64,000 bases of DNA from Takakia lepidozioides (GCA_030704615.1 CM060732.1:75888001-75952000); one strand, 5' to 3'. Counted from the first letter of the stretch, positions 50,156-64,000 are shown. Made by a program: numbers and translations. Notes: generated by a model from the sequence alone, not told the origin.

Positions 50156-50841
50156 TGGATCTTTCATATGAGGAGAAATCGGTTCCTATAGAAGATTGAA
50201 TTGGAGAATGGGCTTCCAACAATTTAGTAAAGCGAAACTTATGGATGTAACATGTAACTGAACGCCCAAAGCCACCGTACTCTTTGGGAAGGCCCTTAAA
50301 GAAGAGAAACAGATAATCAGTGCATGTGGAAAGCTGCAGTTAAACAAACAATTGTGAATTACAGTTCACCAGAGATGTGACATGGCTCATGAGAAATTCA
50401 AGCATCACGTGGGGTTTCAAAAACAAATCCTCAACTCCAGAACTCAGCCCTTTAATCTGCTTTACTTTGATGTACACAGTAGTGGTATTTGCATTCCTTC
50501 TACCAAAAATTTGCTAGGTCAGTATGAAGAATCTGAAGGGTCTGAGCTGAAAAGCTGTCCTAGTAAGCATTTGAATGTTGCAAACTTTGCCCACTGTTGA
50601 ATTATAACCAAACACTGAGACTGTAACATGAATTGGTAAACTGATTTACAAATTTACATAGGGTCAGCTGCTTTGTCACCAGCAAGAATGATGGACTTCG
50701 GCTCAATGTAACCCTTGAGCCTGGAGATTCAGAATCCATGTAGGATTTAGTTATGATCTATGATCGTCTTCAGTATCTTACCACAAAGACTACACACAGC
50801 CCTCACAGCATGAATTACTTAGTAAAATTCCAGAGTGCCCC

Positions 50842-51333
50842 TCAAGTACTTGGAACGATATACTCCATGAATCTTGAGATGTCGAAATCTGCGTGCTTGT
50901 ACACGCTTATGGAGCTCCTCTCTGTGACATTGTTAGAGCACCCAACTCCATCTCTCCAGTCGTAAAAGACCATGTCTGGATCGTAGATTGTTTTAGAACG
51001 CTCCTCAACCTTGGTTTTCTCGTTTCCGCTCCCAGGTTTTTGCTTTTTGCAAGGATTTATCTCTTCCGCATCTCTTGATCCCTCATTGAGCACTATGGTT
51101 CCCACTGCTTTGGTTTTTTGATCTTCTCCTCTTGGTTTCTGCTTAACAAGTGTTAGCTCCTTGGAACTGATAGTTGTTGCCGTTCTAGGCCTCTTCTTCA
51201 CTCTGGGAATCTCAGCAAGACTCTTTATCTGCCTCTCCTTCCTTACTTTCGACGTAGACAGTTCCACGGATTTCAGCCCTCGGAAAGGCTGATATCTATA
51301 CACTCTCCCTCTTTCCTTCTGGGCGTCCGCCAT
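50842..51333 (-). CDS. Hypothetical basic 163-aa protein, single exon
   Basis: ATG-to-stop ORF, Lys/Arg-rich, with no motif recognised. Confidence 0.3.
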   Translation of the reverse strand: MADAQKERGRVYRYQPFRGLKSVELSTSKVRKERQIKSLAEIPRVKKRPRTATTISSKELTLVKQKPRGEDQKTKAVGTIVLNEGSRDAEEINPCKKQKPGSGNEKTKVEERSKTIYDPDMVFYDWRDGVGCSNNVTERSSISVYKHADFDISRFMEYIVPST

Positions 51334-52224
51334 CTCCTGCAGCAGGTCTTACGTGCTTACAGTCGAATTACAGCTCCTTGCCTTTTGCTGCTTGAAGTCG
51401 AGAACAAAGCCTACCTCACTGATCAGCACTCCGGTTTCCTGGCTTCCAAGGCAGGTACACAAAACTATAATCAATCACCTATCAAGTCTACATATAAGTC
51501 TGAAAAGGGAGGAAAGTATTCCTTAATTAGCAAAAGTCCCGCCACCTAAAAAGAGCAGTCGGCCGCAGGGAGTTAGGATGGTACCTTTGTGGGATTAGCT
51601 CAGAAGACTCTGGCTGCGGGCTTCTGGGTTGGTGTTCACTGTTCAGTATGATGAGCCATACGCCAAACATGCTGGGCGTGCCTCTCGTGCAAACAGACAA
51701 AACTGGTTACTGCGCACTAGCCTAACGTGAGACTGTACGTGATCACATCAAAGACGGCGCGCCGTCGAAAGGACGACTTCGTAATACCACTTCTCGGCAC
51801 CTCGAAGAGATCTGCTGGGAATAATACTTTATGGCAACTTGATGCGGTTGGGAGAGTGAACCTGGTTTTGCAATACAGTCATCTGGAGAACATGGCATTG
51901 CAAGCTCAGTTGGAGACAAAAGAGTCGAAGACGTAACAGATTACATGCACGTTTCGGAAGAGACAGATCAAACGTCGAGAGGGGCTCTTTGCACAGAACG
52001 GCTAGACATGCTGGCACTCTCATGACAGCCCAGGAGGTTGATGTAGAGAGATTCGTACCTACCATGGTACATAAGGCTGCTAAGGCTGTTAGACTGCTAG
52101 AGAGCTGCCCTTCCAGCTTCTTGGAAACGACAGAGCTGAGAGCAGGTGCTGGAAGTGGAAGAGGGGAAGTGCACCGAATAGTTGGAATGTTGAACAGCTG
52201 CAATGTCGAAGAGACTCTTCATAC

Positions 52225-53140
52225 AAGGTAGACAAACCTATAATGGCTCCTTTAAGAAATGCAGGCAATTTCAGCTGTGCAGTATCCTTATATACATTTT
52301 TCCCATGTAGGCACAAGAAAATGAAATTTATTAAAAAACAAAATAAAAAAATCCAAAGTTATACATAATATTGGTGAATTTTCAAGCTGAAAACACATAA
52401 TAATCCTTGAATGGACCAATAGGGGGTACTATTTTGAACAGCATTGAATCAGGAGCGCATGGGGCCCAAAAGGTGTGCATCATCATTCACTTTACTGATT
52501 ACGCTGCACAGTAGTATGGACCATGTCATTTAGTTGAACTACTCATCAGTTACATGAACTTGACTATATACTGAGCTTTACGTATCTGACTACGCTGATC
52601 AAAGCGTCCTCGGTGACTACGAGATGTGTCCCTGGACTAATTGAAAACGAACAGTCATGATCTGCAAAACTAATCGCTAGTGGAGAATAAACAAATCTTC
52701 AGCTTGTCCAAAATGAGAACCATTTGATCCCAAAACTGATAGGCTTCTCAACAATCACCGGCTCTGCTTACGCTTCTGTAAACCCACGGAGGTTCGATAA
52801 GGACGAACCCTGATGTATCCAGACTCGTTTGAATCCAGGCCCACTTGCTACAGTTTCCTAACAGTATGCATTTGCCAAAACGATTTAATGCATACCCAAA
52901 TATGACCGTCACCCTCCTTGTTTTGAACCAGCAATAAATGTCAAACAGATCAGCCACTTTAATACCTCTGATCTTTACGGTGCATGTAGTTTCCAGAGAC
53001 TAATAATGAACTGCCATGTCATGAATGTAATTCGGATCGGCAGGTGTGCATGGACGTTTTTGAGTTCACATTTGAGCCATTTAACAAATAATTATAGGGG
53101 TCACATTTTGAATGGCAACCATTATAGGTTTGTCTACCTT
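52225..53140. mobile_element. MITE-like element (~916 bp)
   Basis: Perfect 22-bp terminal inverted repeat AAGGTAGACAAACCTATAATGG / CCATTATAGGTTTGTCTACCTT with an AT-rich non-coding interior. TSD not clearly resolved. Confidence 0.75.
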
Positions 53141-53787
53141 AGCAACCAATTTATCAGCATGTCTTGTAATATCCATCATATGTGAAAGGTAAAGCTGCTG
53201 GAACAGCCATTGCAGCTGGCGAGGGCACATCAAATCAGTGTTATCCTTAACTTTTTGTTAGTATATAATTCAAAGAGTATGTGTGAAAGAGTTTTGGATT
53301 CCACCTTCACAGTGAGTTCCGGCGTTGATAGAAGATAGCAACATAAGCTCTACATGGAGTGATACAAAGCTGAACTGCTACAGGCAACCAACAGAGACTG
53401 GTGAGGACCTTCAATTGCAATGGAGTTAGGTACTACAATCAGACACTTCGTTTCTAGAGAATCCATTGAATTGAAAATATGAAGTGAGAAGGGGAATGTT
53501 TCCTTTGAAGAGCCTTTTTCCTTCCCAAAAATCTAGTGTAGACCTTACTTTGCCATCTCAAATACTAAAACATGGAATAATCCCATTGTCGGTCTTCTGC
53601 TACTTTGGTTTCCCTAGACAAATAACAAAGACACAAATAATTAAATCCACCACTACTAATAAACTCCCACTTTCATCGTGCATGATGAAGTCCATAGACT
53701 AAAAAAATGAGGGACAGACTGATGCTATAGTCAGGGGTAATGAAATAGCTATGATATCCAAGTTGGTAGGTGACTGGTTTCCAGTAA

Positions 53788-56700
53788 TTATGGCAAAGAA
53801 AAGATTATATCCCTGTTTAACTTAGTTTTATCTCCAGAATAACTGTCAGATTCCCGACGCTCCAATGTAGTTTTCCCACCCTCAAAAATCTCCAGTCTTT
53901 CTTGCACCTGTGCAATGTCCTTTCTTGTTATCATGCCTATTACCCTGCACATACAAACACACATACCAGTGTCCTGCTATAATTTATGTATAATACGTAC
54001 ACATTGACCAGTCCCTAAGAACACTGGCAGATAGTACTTTTAAAAGCCAGCTCAGGGGGGCTACTGATCCCATTGGAGCTCATCACAGGGCTTTCACCCA
54101 AAGCTTACAAGTGTCCAATTCAAGGAGTGCACATAACTTTCAAACCAGAAAGTATCATGGGGATACAAGCACTTTCATTTTAGCGATGAAAGGCAAGAAC
54201 AACCAGAGCAGCATCAACAACCACCCTCCCCTTGTTCTGGCACGGACATCAACAGCCTGGGCACAATATAATGTGTAGTGCACCTCTCACATAAAACATT
54301 GGCAAGGACGGGACAAGTACATCAACAAATCCTTACACAGCCGAAAAAGGATCGCAGCAAACCTGTTTCCAGAGTCTGTGACACACAAATGTCTTAGTCC
54401 CAGTGTACGAAATATGATGAAAACCCGTTGCGCTGAACACTCAGCACGAACCTACAAAAGAGAAGGAAAGAAGTTGAAATGGACACAAAGTGGATTTCCT
54501 TGAGTGAAAGACAGTCATGAAGAAATGTCAATCTTGAAGTACAGAGGGTAAAAGAGGCAAACAAACTTTTGAAACTGGCCATTCTGAGACAAGCAAAGGA
54601 GTGGCAGGGCAAAAGGAGGGAGAAAACAAAATAAACTTATAATGCAGGGGCAGAGTAATAAAGAAGGGGGGAATAAAAAAACGAGCTATGATGATAAATG
54701 TGGGAATGAATGCTTCAAAGTCAAACACTGATGGGGAGACATACTGTAAGGGGAGCGCAATTCATGAAAGGACGGAGGTCCAATTCCTTTTTCCACATGG
54801 ACGCGGGCCCATCAGGCACTGTATCCTCTTGAGACCGAAGAATTTCCCCGTCTGTTTCATCACGTCCCCGGTTTTCTACCGGGGATTCCTGCCTCTCCCC
54901 CACGTGTCACTCCATGAATAACTTGAAGATTGTAAAACAATTTAGTTCATGGCAATACCCCCAGTGCCCGTCAGAGAGGACAGAGAAAGATACAACTAGT
55001 GTCACGTGTTCATAGATGTTACCGTGAGGCAATCCGCAACCTTTTGGCCTGGTTATACCTGCTTCCTCAAGTTAGGATTAACTTGAGTTGTCAGCGTCGG
55101 ATCTCCTCTCAATGTTGGTGAAAGAATCATCTTTAGTTCAAAAGGCTGCTACACCTAGTTGGCTCTGCTTCCAAATCAATCTCGAAGAAGAGATGACTTT
55201 CTGAAAAACACTTCACATATGGGTAGTCTATCTCAAAATCACAGCTTCTAAGATACAGCACGGTCCTAAGGGCACTGTTGCCACACAGTAGGTGTTGCTA
55301 GGTTGGATTGCAGTCTGACATTTAACCAGGACTACCAGTTAATAGGGATCCATGAATCAAGTTGTACAAGTTACAGAGCCTGCAGTCAGGTTGTAATGTT
55401 TATCTATTACAACTGAACCAGTTTCTGTGCCTGTTGACTGGAGATTGACTTACAGAGATTGCTTGCGGCTTTGGCAGGAAGGAGGAGAAAGAGAGAGCAG
55501 GAAAAGAAACTTCAGGACATGTAAAGAACCCACACAATGAGCTTACGGGCCAAGGAGACATAACAAACAAAGCAACGACAAAGCAACTCTTTTTCGGGTG
55601 AAGTACCTGCAAGATGTCTTCAAGTCCTAATTCATCAACAGCTTCGGGCCTGGAGGAGAGATATCGGCGATGAGGGTGATGGCAATGGTGGTACACGCGC
55701 ATAGCATGCTCTAAGAATTGTTGCTCCTTTATAACCTGCTGATCAGGGGAGGGATATTGTGGGGGAATTGGCTGTTGCAGGGCTACTGAATCAACCTCAG
55801 TGAAGGCACGCTGCTCCAGAAGAAGCAACAGTTGATGTCTTAAGATCAACCCAACCAGCTGTGCTTCGTCACTTGAAGACTCTGGGTGTATGTGCCGGAT
55901 TACTGGGAAGCCATTGTGACGGCTTTTGCGAAGGACTTGAACAACCTCAGCTACTGAAACAATCTGTGGATTGTGGTTAGTGCATCAGAGTTGGTTGAAC
56001 TTAAGAAATAATGAACTTGATACACGTTGACACTTGACGCCGCTGAAGTCGTAAGAGCATGTGTAAAAAAGTTTTACTGATGCCACCATCCTATGCAGAC
56101 CATGTTTGGAACGTATCTAATGACCATCCACTTAGTTAATCATCATACCCTGAAACACAAAGTGCCAAGGATGCCAATCAGACTCATGTATCCAAATTTC
56201 CTTCAGAACAGTCTCTCATAGTGCAAATAAGCAGGAATAATCTTAGAGTCGAGCAATACATGTCTGAATCGATATTGTGTCCTCTATGAGGTCAATGCCA
56301 ATGCTTGCGTCAACAGTAAATCAAACCTGGACACATTGACATGGGCTATGTGAAGATGCTCTAGGAAAGGAAACTCTCGTCAATACTGTAGACATTTGTC
56401 ATTGACTGTGCACGTCTGCTACAGCAACTTCAGACAAATTCCATCCAGTGGTGGAAACCCATGACCAGTAAGGATAGCATCCAGCAAGAACAAAACCTCA
56501 AAGCTAGGTCATACCCACTTATTAGAGAACTGCGGATAACTATGGTCTGGGTAAAATAAGAAGAAATAAACTCCAGAAACCCTCAAGGAGTCGGGAGTCC
56601 TCAGGAAATGAAATGAAATGAAATGGTGCTTTATAACGTCCGCGGAAAGCTCGTAGAGCTTATGGGACAAGAGAATGGAAATGAAATGAAATGGTGCTTT

Positions 56701-59700
56701 ATAACATCCGCGGAAAGCTCATAGAGAAAGAAAGAAACAAGAAAGAGAGAGGGGCCCTCTCTAAGCAGCCCAAAATCAACTATTGCTGAAGGGATTGTCC
56801 AAGCGTTAAAGCCTCATGCAGGTAAGCCGCCAAGAATTTCTGAAAGAAAGAAATGAAATGGTACTTTATAATGTCCACGGAAAGCTCAAAGAGCTTATGG
56901 GACAAAATGGAAAAAACAAGAGAGGAAGCAAAACCAGAGCCAAAAAACAGCCCAAAAGCAACTACTGTTCAAGGGATTGTCTAAGGGTGAAGGCCTCGTA
57001 AAGAGAGGAATAGAAATGAAATGGTACTTTATAACATCTGTGGAAAGTTCGAAGAGCTTATGGGACAGAATGGAAAAAAAGACAGAGGAGACAAAACCAG
57101 AGCCAAAAAGCAGCCCAAAAGCAACTACTGCTGAAGGACAGAAAGGAACTTTGCACCGTCCATGGGAAGCCCAAGTTTCTGGGAAAAATGAAAAAATGGG
57201 AACTTCACTGTCTAGAGATCTCTTTTACGTAAACCAAAACCAGACAAGAAATGAAATGAAATGAAATAGTACTTTCTAACGTCCGGGGAAAGCTCAAAGA
57301 GCTTATGGGTCAAAATGGAAAAAACAAGAGAGAGGAAACAAAACCAGAGCCAAAAAACAGCCCAAAAGCAACTACTGCTCAAGGGATTGTCTAAGGGTGA
57401 AGGTCTCGTGCAGGTAAGCTGCCAAGCATTTCTGATCGCATAGGCGGTCCTCCTGTTGCAGGTTTTCCCATCTACCAGTCTCTATCCGTAGATTGTGGGA
57501 GCCCACCCTGAACCGCCCCAAAGCCCTCAGGAGGGAAGGAGATAAAGGCGCCGAAAGGTAATTGGGGCCGCAAGATTCTATCATCACGGAGAAAGAAAGA
57601 AAAGAAAGAAAGAAAAGAAAGAAAGGAAGAGGTGTACTCTTTGAGTGGGAGACACAAATGGACACAATTCAGATACGTGATCACTTCAGGTGGACATATA
57701 CCTCATTCAAACAGATCACATTGGGAGCCATTATCTCGGCTGCAGTTATTGCGATAAGCTTGTGTGGTGGCTCGCTTGGCAGAAAGCAGATGTCTCCTGC
57801 CAAATGATGACACCACAGTAGCTGAGTATTAGGAGGACCCATGGGCAACAATAGAAAAGGATACAGGCCCTCAGTATAGCTACGAGAGAAAAACCAAAAA
57901 AATTGTCAACAAGTGAGAGACTGAAGAGAACTGATCATACTCCCTTGAGGTACTGCAAAGCTATAAAAACATGTACAAAGAGCTAATGTGGCAGAAAAGT
58001 AGCTACCAGAGCGTTCCAAGTCAGCTTCGTAAGCACCGGCATGATGAATATGGAGGGCCACCCAATTGGAAATAACAATGGCCAATATGACTGGCAATAT
58101 GAAGTCAATGCCTGCTGTTCCCTCCACCATTATAACCACCTGCGTGCACAGACCTACACATATTGAAGTGCTCAAACCTCTCCCCTCAGCTAATCTCATA
58201 CCAATTGCAAGCAAAGGTGGCCAGCCTGAAATACAGAGCAACGACACACAAGCATGGAAATAACAGGACAAACCTGGGCAGGTAACTCCATGCTGGTAAA
58301 ATGACCACCCACAGACAATATAAGAGCCAGGGAGATGAACAGGTAAGGAACATGAGCCTGGAAAAGCTAGAAACCAAGGGCTGGGAGACAACAAGAGATG
58401 TAGCTAATAAGGCGAATAGTTACTAAATTACAGATGAAAAAGAAGCCGAAATTGAAGCAAACTGGCTAGGAATCGAAAAATGTTTGAAAGTCCTCCAGCT
58501 CGCTGTTAACTCTGAAAACCCATTTGCTACCATTGTACTACAATTTGATGAATGGATGTCGCATGTGTCCCTGGGCCCTTTGGGCATCCAGTAGACAGTA
58601 TAACCTTTGTAAACACCCTTGTAATCACCCTTGCAGTCACCCTTGTAATCTGCTGGGTTTGAAAAGAAAACACATACCAAGGAGATTGATGCCCGAAAAA
58701 CGCCACCCAGCATAGCTGTTGCACCCACCAGTGCATGGATACCAGGCTGCACATTCACACTAAGAACCCGGGAACCAGATCATCAAGAGGGGTAAGTACT
58801 CCGTGGGCCAGGGTAGATATCTCAGCAATGGCATCAACCTCAACAAAAACATTATATACAATACAGTAAGTCCTATCAGCAGCAGGAGCATCTAAAGGGC
58901 CAAGCCAATATTAGTTACAAATTTTTGGTTGGATGTTGTTCACTTAAGGAGGATTTCAGATCTACGTGACTCATTGCATCTACAGAAAAGAATTTTTCAA
59001 TCCAGCTTCAGATCACTTTGCTCAGGAGTAGCCGGACTTACACTGGGAAGCTAGATTCAAATATCCGCCCTAAAAAAGCTCCAAATGATGCGCCTACCTA
59101 GTACAGACAAGAAAATTTTCTTTATTTTAAAACCATCCATAAGTAACAAAACGAAATGGATGTAATGGGGGACATGTGCACCTGGAAAGAAATGTCACTT
59201 CTTGAGAAGACAGGAGTACTAACTGGTTTCCTGGTCTGGTTTTAACATTTGGTCTGGTCAATTTGATCCTACTTAACTGCACTCACCACTATAGATGGCA
59301 TGAAAATGCCTCCTGGAGTCGCAATACCATAGGCCAGGATAAAGATTAACAAAAATGACATCCAGTGAATACCCAAACTTCTCACGGTAAAGTAGGATTC
59401 AACACCACCCTCCAACGCCAGCAAGTGCTGAATGGTCTGTTCCACAGTGAAATCCAATAACCCAACACCATCAATGTCTAGTTTTGGTTCCATTCAACAG
59501 AGACGGCAAAGAATTAGAGAAGTGGTTCACCACACAGAAAGCAGGATGACATCTTACTGTGCAACACTTGCAGAATGTTATGTTTGTGTGTATGTAGCAA
59601 GATAGTTCAAAATGATTTCCGAACATGACAAAAAATCTCCACTTAAGACTGCATTTTACTAGAAAATTGAACCTTGAACAAGCGGGCCACCTAGCTTCCC

Positions 59701-62700
59701 AAGGATTGGATGATGGAGTTCAAGTCTATGTAAACGCACCGATCTGGTAGGAGCTCCATGGATTGATTAGATAGACTAACATATGAAAATTAGCCCTGAC
59801 ATGCTGTGAGTCTCTGATATGGAGTTAACGTGACTAATATAAGCTTCCATTGTGGCACACAAATATGTGACTCACACCGTCATCTCATAAGGTTTGAAAG
59901 ATCCCCAAATGGAGACCAAATGACCTTGCTTTCACTTAACAATCCATAACTAACTGTGCCTACCACATTCTGCACAAACTCCAAAAGGAAAACTATAAAT
60001 TTTCTTAGTCTATACGACAAAAGCAGCTGGAAAATGTCACCTTATGTGGTATAGAGAAAAACAAGGTGGCCAGGTCATTGTAATAGCCCAACCCAGTTTC
60101 TGGGTCCTCTTTGGGACATGTATATTGAAACCAATACTCATCCTCCTTTTGCCTGTCACATTGAGAACTTGCCTTAGAAGCATACTCTGCCATTTCAGGG
60201 TCTTGTTCCCCCTCCAAAACAATTCCTCACACCACCCTAACTTCCAGGGAAATGGAGACGGAGAGAAGAAAGAAGGAAAGAAAAAACCTGAGCAAAACAT
60301 CAACTCCAAGAGAGAGTGCTACTAACAATAACCTTTGACTACACTCACCCTTCCTGCAGGTGCAGACACTGACCGAAGAAGTGGGGCAGCACAAATATGA
60401 CAGTGACTGCTATGAATGTTACCAAGCATGCCTCCACAATCCTGCAAACATTCCCACGGATATCATAGTCCATTCTCCATCAAGGGGCACGGGGGATAGT
60501 TTGGGGATCCCCTTCAAGGAATTGCCGCAGTCCCTGTGAATGTTACAAAGTTGCTGTCTCTTCTTGCTTCCTCATAAAACATGCCCATCTAGTAGTTTTA
60601 TAATTGTGGTGCTGGTGATGGCTGTTTTTTTGGCTCTTTGGTTCTGTTTCCTCTCTATTTTCTTTTCCATTTGGTCCCATAAGCTCTTTGAGCTTTCTGC
60701 GGACGTTATAAAGCACCATTTCATTTCATTTCATTTCTCTTTGTGCAATAGGCATAAGGATGTAGCGACGCACAGAAAATAGACAGAGTAATGTAAATTG
60801 CTTCATGAGTGGCTTCTCCATACAGACAACGAGCAAACCTTAGGAGCTTATGTCTGGATGGTGGCCTATATTGAGCTAGCCAACCATGGGCGGTATTGAG
60901 AAATGCACCAAGCACACCTGCGCCTGCACTTGTTACTACAAATAGTGGCAGGTCCTGGAGGTCAAATTCTCGCTGCCAAATTCCACCATAAGCAGTGTCA
61001 ATTACTCCAGACTCTATCAAAGCTTTTGCTTGGCACAAATTTAGGCATACTAGAACCCATCACATCTAAGTTGACTGCATGATGCTAACTACACTGCTGC
61101 TGCCTCAAGCAGATTTGCTTAAGATATCCCTTGATACATTGAAAGTATATGACTACCTATGAATATAAAATGGATGCATAAGTCAAGCTTGCCATCTGAC
61201 TTTCATGCACTTTTTGATTGGGATCTAAGTGAATTGATCCAAGCTGCTCAATTACATTGCTTTGCCTCAAGCAACTGTGTTTCAAATAATTCCTCACACA
61301 CATATCAATAGTGTGTGCGTACCCATCAATGACATGTTTGGACATTAGACCTTCAAGCTGCTGGTGACTTACCTTGTAATATATCCAGAAACTGAATGCA
61401 ACTGGGAAATATTTGATTGAGGTAAGAAAACAAGTCACCATGGTTCACAGACAACAAGGTTAGTTAGCTAGAAATAAGATATTCACCTGAAGGCCATGGA
61501 AGGAAAGGCGGCCAGGCAATGACAATGAGAAGTTCCTGTCTCACAATACATCAGGACAACTTTCATTAGCCACAGCCTAAACTTATTCGACCTCCAGGAG
61601 CATGCCAATGATATTGGGAGAGGAGTTTCCAAGAGCTTAATCCAGGAATGAAAATCCACCTTCGCTTTCTTCTTGACCAATAGCATCCCTCTTCCTCTCC
61701 TATTTAGTGTTTCCGTCTACACAGAGTCTCAACGGTATACGCACCCTTCATGAAGCCAAGACAATACCATGGTGGCACATGTGGTGCATAGCAATGACCG
61801 CCACATCACCTGCTCCAATCGCCCACATTAGCGTCTCTGTTGATCAGCTTATTGCTAATGTTATCAGCAGAAAAAATTACAAAAGGGCTCTTCAGAAGAC
61901 TACAAAAATGAAGGGTGGTGAGATACTCCTTCAATTGCCAGCGTCTTCTCCTTCTCAAAGTCTGTCTGCTCTTTCCAAACAAGGAGCAGTGTCTATGGCC
62001 GTATGGTTGCGGTCAGCAAAGGTTCAAGGCTTGCCTGCCAAGCTTGCTATCTTCATGTAGTCTTTCTCATTTAGGCTTGTCTCTGTGACAAGTGCACAAA
62101 ACATGGGCATGTGATAATTTTTCCGGTGGGTCTGGAGGGATCTTGTGTCCCCATGTCTTTGTTCTTCATGTCGGATTCTGTTTCTGTTGCTGCTCATGTT
62201 CACTTTTTAGCATTAAATTTTCAAGGAGAAATGGCTGACCTTTCTGGACCAAAAACTTGAGGCTTCTTCAAGTGAGAACAGAACTCCGCCGATTGGTGCA
62301 CCAAATGCCGCTGCCAGGCTGCCACAACACAGATCTGGGACTATCTACTGGCACAACTCTGCATAATGAGAAGTTTCCTGCTACTCAAGATTGTTATGGA
62401 GCTATAAGCAAATTTCGTTTCCCAATTCCCTATCAAAACAAGGGACTAATGAAGAAGTACCCTGCTGCTGTCCCCGCTGAGATGAACTCTCTGCGGTCCT
62501 TATCATTGTGAAAGTCCTGCAACATAAGTGTAATGTTAGGTAGATAATCTAAACGACTCCAAGAAAGGAGGAATAAGATGACAGGATGATGTGTGAATGC
62601 TTTGCCATCACATCAGAAGCCATCATTTTCAGTAGCAGTTCCATAAAACTCTTTGCAGCTTCCAGACCCAATGTGCACGACTACTCGTTCCTCTCCTAGA

Positions 62701-63334
62701 TTGAAATAGGCTACTCAAGCTTTGGGTTACCAAAAGGTTGGTTCAAAATGGAGACAATAATCTCGTGAGCCTGGAACAACATCAGGCGACTGCTCACTGT
62801 CAGTTCCCTGAGCACCACAGCTTGAGATTTTCGAGACAGCCAATTCTGCCTTGAGATGCAGGATGAACAGCTCATGCTTGCACCTGTCAAGAACAGCATT
62901 TGGTTCAAGTTATTTGTGGCCGCAAAGAGAGCTTGGGGTTCTTGCAACTTGCTCTTGTGAGGGCAAATAAGGATACGACAAGCCTTGCTCCCTTGAGCAA
63001 GACAACCTGGGCATTGTGACATTATTTACATTGTCTTAATCAGCCCCATTCAAGTATGTCTGTTCCCGTGCTTTTTGCGGTCTTCGTCATAGCATCACTC
63101 TGTTTTGGTTTTATAGTATAGTCCTATGCCCATGTAGCTCTCCTGGTAAGCTAATAAGTTTCACCTACTTACGAAGGGCATAGCTCTATTCCAGAGTTTG
63201 TTGAGCTTGTCACAGCAGAGACGAGGGGATCGTGGTGTTCCTTCTTTCTTTCTCAGTGGGAAGCTACCATGCATCCATGTGAGCGACGAAGCAATGGCCG
63301 CACCAATGTGCACCATAGGCCCTTCTTGTCCAAT
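53788..63334 (-). CDS. CLC-family chloride channel / anion-proton antiporter with CBS domains; 5' part outside the window
   Basis: Exons: [15 protein letters not shown]; [19 protein letters not shown]; [23 protein letters not shown]; YNDLATLFF; [13 protein letters not shown]; [14 protein letters not shown]; VVIMVEGT; HNGFPV; LDLRPFMN; [11 protein letters not shown]; [11 protein letters not shown] (stop 53788-53790). Confidence 0.93.
56605..57580 (-). mobile_element. Stack of 5'-truncated LINE 3' ends with (TTTCA)n tails in a CLC intron
   Basis: 57580-57372 encodes [20 protein letters not shown], typical of a LINE ORF2 C-terminus. The shared 3' end (GAAAT)n-GGTRCTTTATAACGTCC..GAAAGCTC..AGAGCTTATGGG recurs at ~56605, 56678, 56850, 57013 and 57248. 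Confidence 0.8.
60620..60737 (+). mobile_element. Solo 3' end of the same LINE family, opposite orientation
   Basis: ...GTCCCATAAGCTCTTTGAGCTTTCTGCGGACGTTATAAAGCACCATTTCATTTCATTTCATTTC is the reverse complement of the repeats at 56.6-57.4 kb. Confidence 0.8.
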
Positions 63335-64000
63335 CTGCCCCATAGCCACTCCATCCACCAGATGTCACTTTTTCAACAACCAGTTTTGAAAGTTAAGCCA
63401 GGCAAATCAATCATTTTTTGAATGAGGATCTCAGCAGATGAAGGAAATAGGCAGTGAAAGCTAGACCAGACAGAACAGGGAACAGGAGAAGTGGTGAGGA
63501 AGGGGTAAGAAGTAGGGGATGGAAAGGTGCAGAAATAATACTCTAGCTACCAGAGCACATACAAATGATGGTTAAGAACCATACAAGTTTCCCTTTAGAA
63601 CCCAATCAATGAGCACACAGCTAATTACCCTGATCCCAACCATCTCTCTATCCAAAGTGATTGAGATCCATTTGAAGGGCTTAGACTGTAATAAAACTGA
63701 TACAAGATGCTGAGACACAAACTCTCCCTTCTCCCGTCCATGGGCCTCAGGGCTCCCTGTGAATGTGATAAATCTTATTCTTTCTTTCTGTCCCGGGAAG
63801 GCATCTACAACATACCCATAAAGACTGCTACCCACCTGCTGATGTGGTGATGAAATTTGCTACTAACCCCTCCCCTGAAAGCTACCGGAAGCAATTATGC
63901 GCTTTGTTTACTTTACACAATGACAATGGGTGAAGTAGGCAATGTGGGACATATTCCCACTTCCTGTTCATTTGCTGGAATTCATCCGGAACTCAGTTTC

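Noticed and set aside
58604-58650. 12-bp tandem repeat (CCTTGTAATCAC-like, about 4 copies) encoding [12 protein letters not shown]
   Set aside because: It lies in a CLC intron after the GT donor and is a simple minisatellite.

Overview
Eukaryotic nuclear DNA from a land plant, most plausibly a non-seed plant with an expanded RNA-editing PPR repertoire. This is inferred from GT-AG introns, PLS-class PPR genes and CACTA/LINE content; the species cannot be fixed from sequence alone. The left ~24 kb is a nest of decayed mobile elements: (1) an intron-containing ParB/Srx-like (VWDGNHR) gene placed head-to-head with a truncated Mutator-like ORF, with ~26-bp palindromes arrayed in its introns; (2) a complete non-autonomous CACTA (470-6656, ACA target-site duplication) inserted in one of those introns, carrying PPR, OSB-PDF and LINE fragments; (3) a decayed CACTA transposase preceded by a SET-domain gene whose core is hidden by a ~275-bp inversion; (4) VDAC and OTU relics. 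The right ~40 kb is genic: three PLS-PPR genes (one complete DYW, two truncated after E), NUP58 and EMG1/NEP1 head-to-head, and a CLC channel whose 5' end runs out of the window. It also holds duplicated CLC and DYW debris, a MITE and stacked LINE 3' ends. Most notable: all three PPR genes are preceded by small splice-compatible exons encoding a decaying OSB-type PDF (ssDNA-binding) motif, pointing to an ancestral PDF-PPR(-DYW) fusion family. All translations and splice models were done by eye and need computational confirmation.
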